Positions 39,550-49,473 of a DNA stretch of 64,000 nucleotides are shown piece by piece. Under the pieces are notes generated by a model. That model was not told the DNA's origin and searched no databases. It worked only from the letters and a program-made list of their open reading frames with translations. Each line of letters begins with the position of its first letter. The stretch's first letter is position 1. The position numbers and the translations under genes are program-made. Origin of the DNA: Chloroflexota bacterium (GTDB lineage: Bacteria > Chloroflexota > Anaerolineae > Aggregatilineales > J027); NCBI GenBank assembly GCA_003697365.1, contig RFGP01000056.1, positions 463-64,462 on the forward strand, in the 5' to 3' direction.

Positions 39550-40480
39550 CTTTCACTTCCGTCATATTTTTACTATCAGAGGACTTTATAGATTCCGTTG
39601 CAGTGGCTGTCTTTTCTTCATCAACTTCAGTTGTAGGTTGTTGAAGTGCAGGGGTAGAAGAGATAGTCTCTTCATCAGTCGACGCAAGCTCTTTAGATTC
39701 TTCAGAAGAAGGAGGCTGAGAAGTCGTTGAGTTTTTTTCTACTGTTGCTTCAGAATTTGAGGTTACAGTTGTCCTATCCTTTTCCTCAGAAGTAGGTGAC
39801 ACTGCTTCTTCAGCAGTTGAGGAATCCTTTACATCAGTTTTGTCATCAGGTATAACTGCAGTAGTAGCAGCTGATTCAGCTTCCTTCTTTTCAGAAGGAA
39901 CATCTTGAGCAGAAATAGGTTCAGATTCTACGTTTTTTTCAACCGAGCTCGTACTTGCATCTTCTTGACTTACTTCAGGTTGAGATTCTGCGGCAGCGGT
40001 TGGCTTTTCAACAGAAGGTGCGGTATCAGATGTTGGAGTAACAGCAGCAGATGTTCCCCCTCGAATAACAGAGGGTTCTGCATTTGTAACTTCAATGGGA
40101 GGCACTGGCTCAGGTTTCACATTAGAAGGATCATATTTCGCTAAGATTTGGAGAAAATCAACAATGGGGATAGGCTTTGGCAAATAATCATCACAGCCTG
40201 CTTCAAGAATGCGCTCTTTATCACCGCGCATTGCATATGCTGTTACGGCTACAATAGGCCGTTTATCGCCGCGTGCGCGCAACCGACGAGTCACTTCCAT
40301 GCCATCAAGTTCGCCGTCAAGTTCTATGTCCATCAAAATCAGATCAACTTGCTCATTTTCTAAGGCTTTGAGGGCTTCTACACCATTTTTATAAGAAAGA
40401 ATTGTATGCCCCCCCATGCGCGCCACACGCTCAACTAGGGCTAAATTTACCATGTTGTCTTCAACATACATAATTCGCAT
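39542..40480 (-). CDS. response-regulator receiver with ~190-aa S/T/E/P-rich disordered tail
   Basis: 'IMYVEDN', 'LILMDIELDGELDG', 'VTAY', 'LPKP', followed by a low-complexity tail. Confidence 0.8.
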   Translation of the reverse strand: MRIMYVEDNMVNLALVERVARMGGHTILSYKNGVEALKALENEQVDLILMDIELDGELDGMEVTRRLRARGDKRPIVAVTAYAMRGDKERILEAGCDDYLPKPIPIVDFLQILAKYDPSNVKPEPVPPIEVTNAEPSVIRGGTSAAVTPTSDTAPSVEKPTAAAESQPEVSQEDASTSSVEKNVESEPISAQDVPSEKKEAESAATTAVIPDDKTDVKDSSTAEEAVSPTSEEKDRTTVTSNSEATVEKNSTTSQPPSSEESKELASTDEETISSTPALQQPTTEVDEEKTATATESIKSSDSKNMTEVKDD

Positions 40481-40504
40481 AAAAACTATTTACTCCTCAT
40501 CACT

Positions 40505-42007
40505 TTAAGATGCATGTTCCTCTGCAGTTTCCCATTCAGCATTTGGATCATGCATATAGCGTGGGAATGAAACATAAAACGTTGACCCCTTCCCAACTTC
40601 ACTTTCAAGCCAAATATCACCATTCATCAACGTAAGGAGCTCTTTAGAGATTGCTAATCCTAACCCAGAGCCTTCGCGTTTCATCTTGCGGCCACTTTCA
40701 CCTTGTTGGAAGGCTTGGAATATTGATTCATGGTGTTCAGGAGGAATACCGGGGCCTGTATCTGAAACCGAAACGATCACACGTTCATCTTCTGGTACCA
40801 CCTTGAAGGTAATAGCGCCTTCTTCTGTAAACTTAGCCGCATTACTCAATAAGTTGAGCAATACTTGCCGCACCCGTAATGGATCGCCTAATACCATAGG
40901 CATCTTTTCTGGTGTTTCACGGCGTAACTCGATAGGTTTTGTTGCAATTAAACCAACCCCTGTAGAAAGCAGCCCTTTGAGAATAGGCTCCAAATCAACA
41001 GGTTGAATCTCCACTTCCAAACGCCCCACATCAATTTTGCTCAGGTCAAGAATATCATTAATAATACCAAGCAAATGCCGACCACTGTTGTAGATACGTT
41101 CCAAGTCCTGATGATATTCCTTAGGCAGTGGAACATTATCATACATCATAGGAAAGTTCAGCATTGTCTCACTAAAACCAATAATCGCGTTAAGTGGTGT
41201 TCGTAATTCATGGCTCATATTAGCCAAGAACTGCCCACGAAACTGCTTTGCCAACTCAGCTGCACGCCTTGCCTCGTCAAGCTCTTCGTTAATTTGCTGC
41301 AACTGCATGGTTAAGTTCTTCTGTTTTAGAAGACTTTTTTCAACTTCTGCACGGCTCTCATGCAGTTTTGTAGCCGTTTCACGTTCTTTGCGATAACTCT
41401 CTAATGCCCATTCAGCAATACTAAATAACTCACCGCTTACTTGAGTCACCAACAACGTCGCGACTGCCATTAAAACAAGCCCAAAACCACCTGTTGTCGT
41501 TACAGGTATCTCTCCCCGTAGTATCCAAGCCGGCAAAATCATTGACAAATACATCAAAAATACGAGTAGCACTGTTTCTTTCACTGAAAGCAACATCCCG
41601 ATGATAAAGATAATAAGAATACCAATCATCGGTGCAGCTGTATTTAAATCAGGGCTTTCAGGTATGGTTAAGCTACTCGCAGAAGCTATTAATCCAAGAC
41701 TATAAGCCCATGTTGCTACATGGTAACGATCCGCTTTGAGAAAAAAGCGCGTTGCCAAACTGGCAACAACCGTAAATATTACAGGCAAAACAAGGTCGCT
41801 AGCATCTGCATCACTACTGCTTGCCGCTAAGATAAGCAATAACCATGCCAATATAAGAACAAAAGCAAGTGTCGTCTTCCACAAAGTATCAAGACGATCT
41901 GTACGAATTTCATCAACAAACGTCAATTTAGATTGAGATACATCAATATCAGACTGGGTGGCAGCTGCCTCCACTGCGGCCATAGAGCTAACTAGAGGTC
42001 CTGTCAT
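40505..42007 (-). CDS. membrane sensor histidine kinase
   Basis: About 6 N-terminal TM helices, coiled coil, H-box 'MSHELRTPLNAIIGFSE', 'LLSNAAKFT', 'DTGPGIP', 'GSGLGLAISKEL'. Confidence 0.85.
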   Translation of the reverse strand: MTGPLVSSMAAVEAAATQSDIDVSQSKLTFVDEIRTDRLDTLWKTTLAFVLILAWLLLILAASSSDADASDLVLPVIFTVVASLATRFFLKADRYHVATWAYSLGLIASASSLTIPESPDLNTAAPMIGILIIFIIGMLLSVKETVLLVFLMYLSMILPAWILRGEIPVTTTGGFGLVLMAVATLLVTQVSGELFSIAEWALESYRKERETATKLHESRAEVEKSLLKQKNLTMQLQQINEELDEARRAAELAKQFRGQFLANMSHELRTPLNAIIGFSETMLNFPMMYDNVPLPKEYHQDLERIYNSGRHLLGIINDILDLSKIDVGRLEVEIQPVDLEPILKGLLSTGVGLIATKPIELRRETPEKMPMVLGDPLRVRQVLLNLLSNAAKFTEEGAITFKVVPEDERVIVSVSDTGPGIPPEHHESIFQAFQQGESGRKMKREGSGLGLAISKELLTLMNGDIWLESEVGKGSTFYVSFPRYMHDPNAEWETAEEHAS

Positions 42008-42054
42008 GATCGTTTCACCAATGCGTTAGTATTTTTAAAATTTGGGCACAATTT

Positions 42055-43488
42055 TTATTTAATTATATTGAGAAAACGATGAGCAGGCAAATGTTTTATT
42101 ACTTCTAGTTGCAGCAGACTTACATCTGTTTTTTGTAATGTTGCATTGCTTACAATAATATGATTAGGTTGTGTGTGTTGATGCATATGTAGTAGCTCAT
42201 TTAAAGCTGCCCCAGCCATTTCAACCATACGCAAACTATCACCGCGCACAACAATAGTGCCTGTATGTACCGCCATACGATAAGGAACATCGCTCACTTC
42301 TTTTAATTGCTGAACAATTTCTAGAATCTGCATTACATTCGTAGATTCCATATTAAATGCTGCGATAAGCCCATCGGAAAGAAGCGGTTGAATTAATGCT
42401 CCTTTCGCTTGTAATGTTTTCATGAGGTTTTCGATACGCTGTGTCAGAGCATTTAATAAAGCGGTAGGATCAGCTACATTAATGTCATATCCCGTTAATT
42501 GTAAGCTAACTAAAATTGCATCTATACGATCAGCAGTTATGTTGCTAGCCGATAAGCGATAACGAGATAGCTCAGCAAAATTTGTCGCGTTTTCAATCGC
42601 AATCGCAGCATAATCTGATAATGCGCTGAGCATCGCAGCATCTTGTTTGCGAAATGGTCGCGATTCAGTCGAATAGTTACTGACAAGCAACACACCAATA
42701 ATACGAGACTGTCCGATCACCATAGGTGTGACTAATACAGCATAAGGACGATCACCGTCTGCTACAATAGCATCAATTTCCGCACGGCTCAAAACGAAGG
42801 GTCTACCTGTTTCTAATGCTTTTTGCGCAAATCGATTTTTCTGAGGTTGATTGACTGCATAAATTTGTGGGTCTTGGGGTGATTTAATAGCACGCGCAAT
42901 CAAAGTATCGTTTTGAACTAAGAATAAGCTGCCGGCTTCGCTCCCTGTAATATCTACAGCAGCACGCAGAATTCGTGGCAACAAATCATCTAATTTTGTT
43001 AATGATGTCACGCTCTTGCCAACTTGATATAGCATATTCAGCTCACGAATACGCTGATTCATTTCGCTATTTGCGGCAAGTAATCGCTCAGTAAGAGCTT
43101 CTTTTTCACGACGCAAGCGCACTTCAGATAAGGCCCGTGTGATAACTTCAGTCATTTCTTCAACTGAAAATGGCTTTTTAACGTAATCTCTTACCCCTTT
43201 ACGATAAACTTCAACGGCGATCTCTTCACTGCCATGAAACGTCATCAACACCACTGGCACATCGATCTCTTCAGCTTTCATCGCATCTAGCACTTCGAGA
43301 CCGCCCATTTTGGGCATCTGAAGATCAAGCAAGACCAAATCCACCGATTGTTGACGCAAAATTTCCATTGCTTCCAAACCATTGCGAGCAACAAGCGGTT
43401 CAAATTGATTAGGTTGCATAATGTATTCAATAATAAATTCACGATTTTCGCGTCCATCATCACAGATGAGAATACGTTCGCCAGCCAA
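42055..43488 (-). CDS. receiver - GAF - cyclase-homology-like (partly degenerate) protein
   Basis: REC: 'ILICDDG', 'LVLLDLQMPKMGG', 'KKPF'. Central GAF-like block. C-terminal block 'ILVSLQLTGY...LLSDGLIAAF...RMAVHTGTIVV...GAALNELLH' aligns by eye to the class III cyclase core, with Gln at the first metal-Asp position. Confidence 0.65.
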   Translation of the reverse strand: MAGERILICDDGRENREFIIEYIMQPNQFEPLVARNGLEAMEILRQQSVDLVLLDLQMPKMGGLEVLDAMKAEEIDVPVVLMTFHGSEEIAVEVYRKGVRDYVKKPFSVEEMTEVITRALSEVRLRREKEALTERLLAANSEMNQRIRELNMLYQVGKSVTSLTKLDDLLPRILRAAVDITGSEAGSLFLVQNDTLIARAIKSPQDPQIYAVNQPQKNRFAQKALETGRPFVLSRAEIDAIVADGDRPYAVLVTPMVIGQSRIIGVLLVSNYSTESRPFRKQDAAMLSALSDYAAIAIENATNFAELSRYRLSASNITADRIDAILVSLQLTGYDINVADPTALLNALTQRIENLMKTLQAKGALIQPLLSDGLIAAFNMESTNVMQILEIVQQLKEVSDVPYRMAVHTGTIVVRGDSLRMVEMAGAALNELLHMHQHTQPNHIIVSNATLQKTDVSLLQLEVIKHLPAHRFLNIIK

Positions 43489-43535
43489 TGGGTACTCTCC
43501 AATAAAATTAAAAAGAACAAAGCTATGATTGTATT

Positions 43536-44573
43536 TTAGCGTATATCAGGTGGCAGAATAGTAATAGGTATGTTTATATCAGCAAATAATATATCGCTTG
43601 TATAACTATAAGTCAGTTGCACACTACCATCGGGTTCTAAGTCGTTTAAGCCATACCCAACAAGTAATGGATTTGGTGTGCCTCTTATACCAAAAACGTA
43701 CTGTTCAAAAACACGGCGGCTCGTTGTCGTGTCAAGCCATAATGTCAATGTCATTTCAGCATCATCATTCGCAAAAGCAGCTATTAGTCGTTCACGGCCA
43801 ATTACTCCTGAAAAAGCAGCCGCTAATACACGTATCGGATCAAATGTGATTAGTATTTGGCGAGTTGTCACTTCAGCGCCAGCCCCATTAAGAATCACAT
43901 CACCTTCTGATACGAGCTCAATATCAGAGATCAATTCTAGGAAGAGCGGGCTGTTTACAATCCCAATAAAATCAATACCAAAAACAGGATTAGAAGACAT
44001 AATCGGTGGTGGATCAGGCAAAAATCGTCTTAAGTTAATACCTTGCAATGCCTCAAATTGATTAGGATTTTCAGTAACATCGTGCCAAGTAAAATCAGGC
44101 ATTGGTGCTAAATTCTCTGAGCCGCCATTCCGTAATGCTTGTATATATAAACGCCCATCATAATAACGCGCGTTGACAACGACCTCATAGTTTTCACTGA
44201 GTTGAATACCATTTCCAAAATCACTATTAGATAGCACTTCAACCGTCAACAACGCATCGCTATTATAATGTAACTCAGAGGTATGTGGGTTTGCATCATA
44301 GGCGATATTAATGACTGAAGTAATAGATTGATGATTTTCAAATACCGTCCCTTCAGTCACGATAACCCGCTCACGATAATTTTGAGCATCGATCTGTAAG
44401 ACACGATAAGACTGCCATGTTGCCTGCTCTGCCAAAGATGCCTCCACTTGCGAAATTAAGGCAAGTTGTTGAGGTGTAAAAACACGATCATCATCTTGAG
44501 CAACAATGGTTGCTTGTGTTACAGTCAATAACATTATGATCAATGCGACAATAGCAAGTTGTTTACTCATCAC
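43536..44573 (-). CDS. secreted hypothetical protein
   Basis: Signal peptide 'LAIVALIIMLLTVTQATIVAQDD'. First gene of the same-strand phosphorelay cluster. No motif recognised. Confidence 0.45.
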   Translation of the reverse strand: MMSKQLAIVALIIMLLTVTQATIVAQDDDRVFTPQQLALISQVEASLAEQATWQSYRVLQIDAQNYRERVIVTEGTVFENHQSITSVINIAYDANPHTSELHYNSDALLTVEVLSNSDFGNGIQLSENYEVVVNARYYDGRLYIQALRNGGSENLAPMPDFTWHDVTENPNQFEALQGINLRRFLPDPPPIMSSNPVFGIDFIGIVNSPLFLELISDIELVSEGDVILNGAGAEVTTRQILITFDPIRVLAAAFSGVIGRERLIAAFANDDAEMTLTLWLDTTTSRRVFEQYVFGIRGTPNPLLVGYGLNDLEPDGSVQLTYSYTSDILFADINIPITILPPDIR

Positions 44574-44621
44574 TTTATATCTCCAAAATAAAGTTTAGCA
44601 CACAACATCGGGATAACGACA

Positions 44622-45539
44622 ATGCATCATATCATTATTTTTCTAGATGGGATTGGTTTAGGGGATGATGATCCCGCAATAAATCCTTTTGCTGTTATCA
44701 ATGCCCCTACCCTACATCAACTTGCTGGAGGGCAGCGTTGGCTCAGGAGTACGCCTTATACTGAAACAGAGCGTTCTATCTTTATACCTACAGACCCGCG
44801 TTTAGGCGTAGAAGGTCGCCCACAAAGCGCCACTGGGCAGGCTAGCATTTTGACTGGGCGTAACGTGCCAGCCGAGTTAGGAAGACATTATGGGCCAAAA
44901 CCAACGCCACAGATTCGCGCCATTTTAGATGAAAACAATTTATTTAAGGCAATAATTGAAGCCAATCTATCAGCGACACTTATTAACCCCTATCCACCAC
45001 AGTTTTTTGAGGTAATACAACGTGGCAAAAGACTTCCAAGTAGTATTCAACATGCGGTTCTATCTGCAAATATTTCGCTAAAAACAGTTGAAGACTATTA
45101 TCAAGGAGAGGCCATTTCGCCAGATTGGACAGGAATCGGCTGGACAACATTTTTAGGTTATCAGGATGCCCCAGTATATACTCCGCAAGAGGCAGGGCAA
45201 CGCCTCGCTAAGTTAGCACAAAAATACAATCTTACATTCTTTAGCACGTGGATCACAGATGAGATAGGGCACCGAGGCCCCTTTGAAGATGGCGTTGCCT
45301 ATATGCAAACTTTCGATGGTGTAATGGAGGGACTCTTAAATGAATGGGATGATGATAATGGTCTTATCATTATCACTTCAGATCACGGCAACCTAGAACA
45401 ACAAGGTGATCGTCGTCACACAGAGAATGATGTCCCCACAATTATCATTGGCAAAGAGCGCCATCGATTCGCAGAAGGGTTTTCAAAGCTAACTGATATT
45501 ACCCCTAATCTATTACGCATTATGGGCCTAGCAGATTAG
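44622..45539 (+). CDS. metalloenzyme (alkaline-phosphatase-core, iPGM/phosphopentomutase-like) family protein
   Basis: 'IIFLDGIGLGDD', 'SATGQASILTG', 'ITSDHGN' are metal/nucleophile motifs of the metalloenzyme superfamily. Confidence 0.6.
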   Translation: MHHIIIFLDGIGLGDDDPAINPFAVINAPTLHQLAGGQRWLRSTPYTETERSIFIPTDPRLGVEGRPQSATGQASILTGRNVPAELGRHYGPKPTPQIRAILDENNLFKAIIEANLSATLINPYPPQFFEVIQRGKRLPSSIQHAVLSANISLKTVEDYYQGEAISPDWTGIGWTTFLGYQDAPVYTPQEAGQRLAKLAQKYNLTFFSTWITDEIGHRGPFEDGVAYMQTFDGVMEGLLNEWDDDNGLIIITSDHGNLEQQGDRRHTENDVPTIIIGKERHRFAEGFSKLTDITPNLLRIMGLAD

Positions 45540-46339
45540 CTGGCGCGACGAAGTACCCAACGCCCACTAGGACAATCACTACCCAGCTCTGATTCATATA
45601 AAATAATCGTTGCCCCTTCATAAAAAGATTGGACACGATGCTCTCCGGGCCCCGGTATGTATTGTTCACCTTCCAAGACACCACCAGCGATATATTCATA
45701 AACAGCGCTGTGTTCAATCTCTGAAGTCAACGCCCACCCCAAGCGCTCACGAATATCTGAATTCTCTCGCCATATTTTTCCGAAACCACGAATAGGTTGC
45801 TGAATAGAAGCATCTGTAAATTGCGAGGTTGTCGTTATGCCAGCAGGTGGTTGAAAAGTCGGCAAAAATTCAGGCTCACCTTCTTGGAAAGTATCCCTAA
45901 AACATAGCCATTCTCCTGAGGTTGGATCAACATCATCACCAATAAGCACAGCAACACGTCGAGTGTCTCGAAACCAAATCATGCGCCCACGCTCAAAAAC
46001 TTGTTCAACAATACTTACAAGCTCCACTCGTGGTGTAGGGAAAGCACTTGGGCGTAGAGTTTCTGTGGGCATAGGTGTCAAAGTAGGCGGCACTATAGGA
46101 GTCGCAATGGCAAATTGTGTTGGCGATACTACCAATTGTGATTCATAAGCCGCGATGGTTTCTAACAATTGCGCTTTTTCAGTTTGTAAGGCCACAATCG
46201 TGGCACTAAAATTCTGATTTGCAGACTCAGTAGCTGCGGGTGTAATGATCACAAACTCTGTAGCAACAGGTCTATTGTTACCCTCACATGCTACCAAAAA
46301 AAGCATACCCATAACTATGCTAAGCCAATAGCGTCGCAT
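45536..46339 (-). CDS. lipoprotein, function unknown
   Basis: Lipobox 'LFLVAC'. Convergent 4-nt overlap with the upstream gene. Confidence 0.5.
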   Translation of the reverse strand: MRRYWLSIVMGMLFLVACEGNNRPVATEFVIITPAATESANQNFSATIVALQTEKAQLLETIAAYESQLVVSPTQFAIATPIVPPTLTPMPTETLRPSAFPTPRVELVSIVEQVFERGRMIWFRDTRRVAVLIGDDVDPTSGEWLCFRDTFQEGEPEFLPTFQPPAGITTTSQFTDASIQQPIRGFGKIWRENSDIRERLGWALTSEIEHSAVYEYIAGGVLEGEQYIPGPGEHRVQSFYEGATIILYESELGSDCPSGRWVLRRAS

Positions 46340-46369
46340 TCAGATGTTCACTTTCCGTCAAACAACATT

Positions 46370-46406
46370 AATAAAACAAAGAAAAATCATAGCAGGCCTT
46401 CGCTAT
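46370..46406 (-). terminator. weak terminator-like hairpin after the flavin reductase gene
   Basis: 5-bp stem atagc/gctat with an 8-nt loop, followed on the minus strand by gatttttctttgtttt. Confidence 0.3.
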
Positions 46407-46435
46407 TAAAGACACAGATATTTGCTAAAAGTTCC

Positions 46436-46957
46436 CTATGATTGGGAAACGAGATCATGATAACCACGATTATAGTAGACCAAAGGAGGTGTAGAACCAT
46501 CATCAGGTGTTGAGAAAACATCTAGAACTTCGCCCACAAAGATGTAATGCGTAGAACCATCATGTTGTGCCCATAAACGGCAATCAAAAGCTGCCAATGC
46601 ATCAGCCAATAAAGGAACACCACTTGTAAGCTGACGCAAAGACAGATCGTCAAACCGATCAGAGCCTTTAGGGTATTTTGGATCAAAGCCCGCAAAACGT
46701 ACTGATAAATGTGCTTGTTGATGACTTAAAATTGAAATACCAAAAACTTGACTTTCTAAAATTGCCTTAGCAAGCTCAGCTTCTTTATAGACACAGATCA
46801 ATAACAATGGCGGTTCTAAGGATACCGAATTGAAAGAACTTACTGTAAGACCAATCGGCGGTTGTGCAGGCAATTGAGTTGTCACCACAGTTACACCGCT
46901 AGGCCAATGCCGCAACCCCGCACGCACCAAATCACTTGAAGCAGTCATTCTTGGCAT
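46436..46957 (-). CDS. flavin reductase (FMN-binding split-barrel)
   Basis: 'LRHWPSGVTVVTT', 'GLTVSSFNSVSLEPPLL' are typical of the flavin reductase-like domain. Confidence 0.7.
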   Translation of the reverse strand: MPRMTASSDLVRAGLRHWPSGVTVVTTQLPAQPPIGLTVSSFNSVSLEPPLLLICVYKEAELAKAILESQVFGISILSHQQAHLSVRFAGFDPKYPKGSDRFDDLSLRQLTSGVPLLADALAAFDCRLWAQHDGSTHYIFVGEVLDVFSTPDDGSTPPLVYYNRGYHDLVSQS

Positions 46958-47016
46958 TTATCCTATTCTTGTACAAAACGGGTAAACTAGTAGCAGTATA
47001 CCGCATTGAGCTATTC

Positions 47017-47044
47017 TTAACAGTATGAGGAATTTTGCTATAAT
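47017..47044 (+). promoter_or_regulatory. candidate promoter of the receiver-kinase-receiver operon
   Basis: TTAACA (47017-47022), 16-nt spacer ending in TGc, TATAAT (47039-47044), i.e. an extended -10 TGnTATAAT. Confidence 0.45.
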
Positions 47045-47158
47045 GACAGTGGCTCGTTAAGATCAATGCGCCAGTTTATTGAGAAATTTCTATCCAATAC
47101 TAGGGATGTAAAGAACGACAATCACAATTTATCATCACAAACCTGAGGAGGCACGCCC

Positions 47159-47575
47159 GTGGCATCATGGATGCTTGTTGAAGATGAGGAAGATATTCGC
47201 AATATTGTTAAAGTGATGTTCCAAGTTTGGGGTTATCAAGTCATCGAATTTTCTAATGGGCATGATGCCGTGAAATTTATCGAAGACGTTGATGCGGGCA
47301 GATATGAGGGAGAACTTCCTGAATTATTGTTGAGTGATATTCGGATGCCCGGCCCAAATGGCAATGAAATTGCTCATCGGATACGTCAATCAGAAAAGCT
47401 CAAAGAAATTCCAGTCATACTCATGACGGCATTCCAATTATCCGAAAGTGAACAAAGTGCTTTTCGTACAAATGACGGTGTAAACCGCATTATATTCAAA
47501 CCATTGCCAGACTTTGACAAGTTCAATCAAATGATCATGGAAGTCGTCAACGGTACATACAAACCGCCATTCTAA
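47159..47575 (+). CDS. stand-alone receiver-domain protein (paralog A)
   Basis: 'WMLVEDEEDI', 'LLLSDIRMPGPNG', 'LMTA', 'FKPLP'. GTG start 8 nt after GGAGG. Confidence 0.75.
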   Translation: MASWMLVEDEEDIRNIVKVMFQVWGYQVIEFSNGHDAVKFIEDVDAGRYEGELPELLLSDIRMPGPNGNEIAHRIRQSEKLKEIPVILMTAFQLSESEQSAFRTNDGVNRIIFKPLPDFDKFNQMIMEVVNGTYKPPF

Positions 47576-47596
47576 AATTTTATAGAAAGCACAGCC

Positions 47597-48877
47597 ATGC
47601 AAAACCCACCTTCTTCTCAACCTTTATCTGGTGACACGACCCAACAATTTCGGGGTTTTTTGCGCGTCGTAAATGAGCTGGGCACGGCGACAGATACCCT
47701 TTTTCAACGCATTTATGGCAGCCTAAGTCGCCGCCGTAAAACACTCGTTGATACTGAGGCACTTCGACGTGCACAAGCCCATGCACGCGCATTACAACGC
47801 CGCAGTCGCCAACAAAGTCTAGAACTTGCTCGCTTAACCGCAGCACTAGCGACGTTGGAAGAAGGTGTCATCATGCAAGACCCACAAGGTCGCATTGTCT
47901 TGATGAATGATAGCGCTAAGCAAATGATTGGTTCAATACAGGCCTTCTGGGATGGGCCACTGGGAGAAAAGTTTCGCGCACATCAAGCAGAGCCCATTTC
48001 TTCCTCTGCTCATAGCCATATGGAATTTATTGGAGAGCCTGACAAAATCATTATAGGAGAGCGCACATTAGGAATACGGATGGCCCGTGCGTTCTCAAAT
48101 CGTGGCAATGTTTTGGGAACATTGATGATCATCAAAGAACTATCATCTCAACCTCAACAATCATTACCAGATCGATTAAAAACATCCTTCATCACCCAAA
48201 TGACCCATGAGCTACGCACCCCACTCACCTCTATTAAGGGAATGAGTGATGTCTTACTCAATATGCCAGAAGGCCGTCCCCCCAATCGCCGTTTTTTAGA
48301 AGCAATTGGGCGCAATGTTGCGATTTTAGATCGTATGATTGTTGAACTGCTCGACCTATCTGAAATTGAGGCAAACAGCTTTCAAATCCGACAGGATGAT
48401 ATTCGACTAGATGAACAAGTGTTCGCTGTCATACAAGGCATGGAACCTCGATTAACAAAAGCTAAATTAACCGTAAATATTATGGTTGTTCACCCTGAAA
48501 AACTTCAGATACGAGGGGATGCTCGCCGTTTGCAGTGGGCACTGGGACATTTGATCGAAAATGCCATTCAATATACCTTGCCCGGTGGTGAGATTGTGGT
48601 ACATTTAGGGCGTGTTAGGGATGGGCAACTCTTACTCAAAGTTATTGATACAGGTGTTGGCATTCGCTCTGAGGATTTGCCGCATATATTTGAGCGTTTT
48701 TATCGCGGAGAAGCCCGCACCCCCGATGGCAAAGTCATTGATCCGCGTGGATTAGGACAAGGGCTCTACATTGCTCGCGCTGTTGTAGAAGCTCACGGCG
48801 GTAGCATCAGCGTTGCCAGTACACTATATGAAGGCAGTACATTTACGATTGCACTACCAATTTCAGGATTGGCCTAA
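47597..48877 (+). CDS. cytoplasmic PAS histidine kinase
   Basis: No TM helix. PAS-like 'EEGVIMQDPQGRIVLMNDSAKQMIG'. H-box 'MTHELRTPLTSIKGM', 'LIENAIQYT', 'DTGVGI', 'GLGQGLYIARAVVEAHGG'. Confidence 0.85.
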   Translation: MQNPPSSQPLSGDTTQQFRGFLRVVNELGTATDTLFQRIYGSLSRRRKTLVDTEALRRAQAHARALQRRSRQQSLELARLTAALATLEEGVIMQDPQGRIVLMNDSAKQMIGSIQAFWDGPLGEKFRAHQAEPISSSAHSHMEFIGEPDKIIIGERTLGIRMARAFSNRGNVLGTLMIIKELSSQPQQSLPDRLKTSFITQMTHELRTPLTSIKGMSDVLLNMPEGRPPNRRFLEAIGRNVAILDRMIVELLDLSEIEANSFQIRQDDIRLDEQVFAVIQGMEPRLTKAKLTVNIMVVHPEKLQIRGDARRLQWALGHLIENAIQYTLPGGEIVVHLGRVRDGQLLLKVIDTGVGIRSEDLPHIFERFYRGEARTPDGKVIDPRGLGQGLYIARAVVEAHGGSISVASTLYEGSTFTIALPISGLA

Positions 48878-48948
48878 CTTAAGCATTACTTTTATGATGA
48901 ACCATGTCTTTATGATAAATAATTCAAGGCTTTAGGAGAACGTATATT

Positions 48949-49473
48949 GTGTCAACATGGATGGTAGTAGAAGACGAGCCCGACATCTATGATGTCTTGC
49001 TTGCAATGTTTGAATTATGGGGGATTGAAGGCATAGCTTTTGTCGATGGTGCAGAAGCTATCGCATGGATTGAAGCCGTTGATGAAGAGCGAGTTCATGG
49101 CGATTTGCCAGAGCTAGCAATTTTAGATATTCGATTGCCAGAAGCCAGTGGGCCAGAAGTTGGAAATCGCTTACGTAAGAGCGCAAAACTCAACAACACG
49201 GCCATTGTGCTAATCACCGCTTATCGCCTATCTGCGGAAGATGAACGCGCCGTGATTGAGCAAGCAGGAGCAGATTATCTTATGTATAAGCCATTGCCTG
49301 CTATGCCGGAGCTGCGCGCCATCTTAGATGATGTCGTCTCTAAGCGCCGTAAGCTCAAAGAAAACACCGAAACGTCTAAATCAGAGTCTGCTAACAAAAC
49401 AAAGCCCACATCATCGTTGTCATCATCCGAATCCATTAAAGAATCAGAAAAGAAGCCGCCAGCTAAGCCGTGA
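48949..49473 (+). CDS. stand-alone receiver-domain protein (paralog B) with S/K/E-rich tail
   Basis: 'WMVVEDEPDI', 'LAILDIRLPEASG', 'LITA', 'YKPLP'. Roughly 40-45% identical by eye to the 47159 product. GTG start after AGGAG. Confidence 0.75.
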   Translation: MSTWMVVEDEPDIYDVLLAMFELWGIEGIAFVDGAEAIAWIEAVDEERVHGDLPELAILDIRLPEASGPEVGNRLRKSAKLNNTAIVLITAYRLSAEDERAVIEQAGADYLMYKPLPAMPELRAILDDVVSKRRKLKENTETSKSESANKTKPTSSLSSSESIKESEKKPPAKP

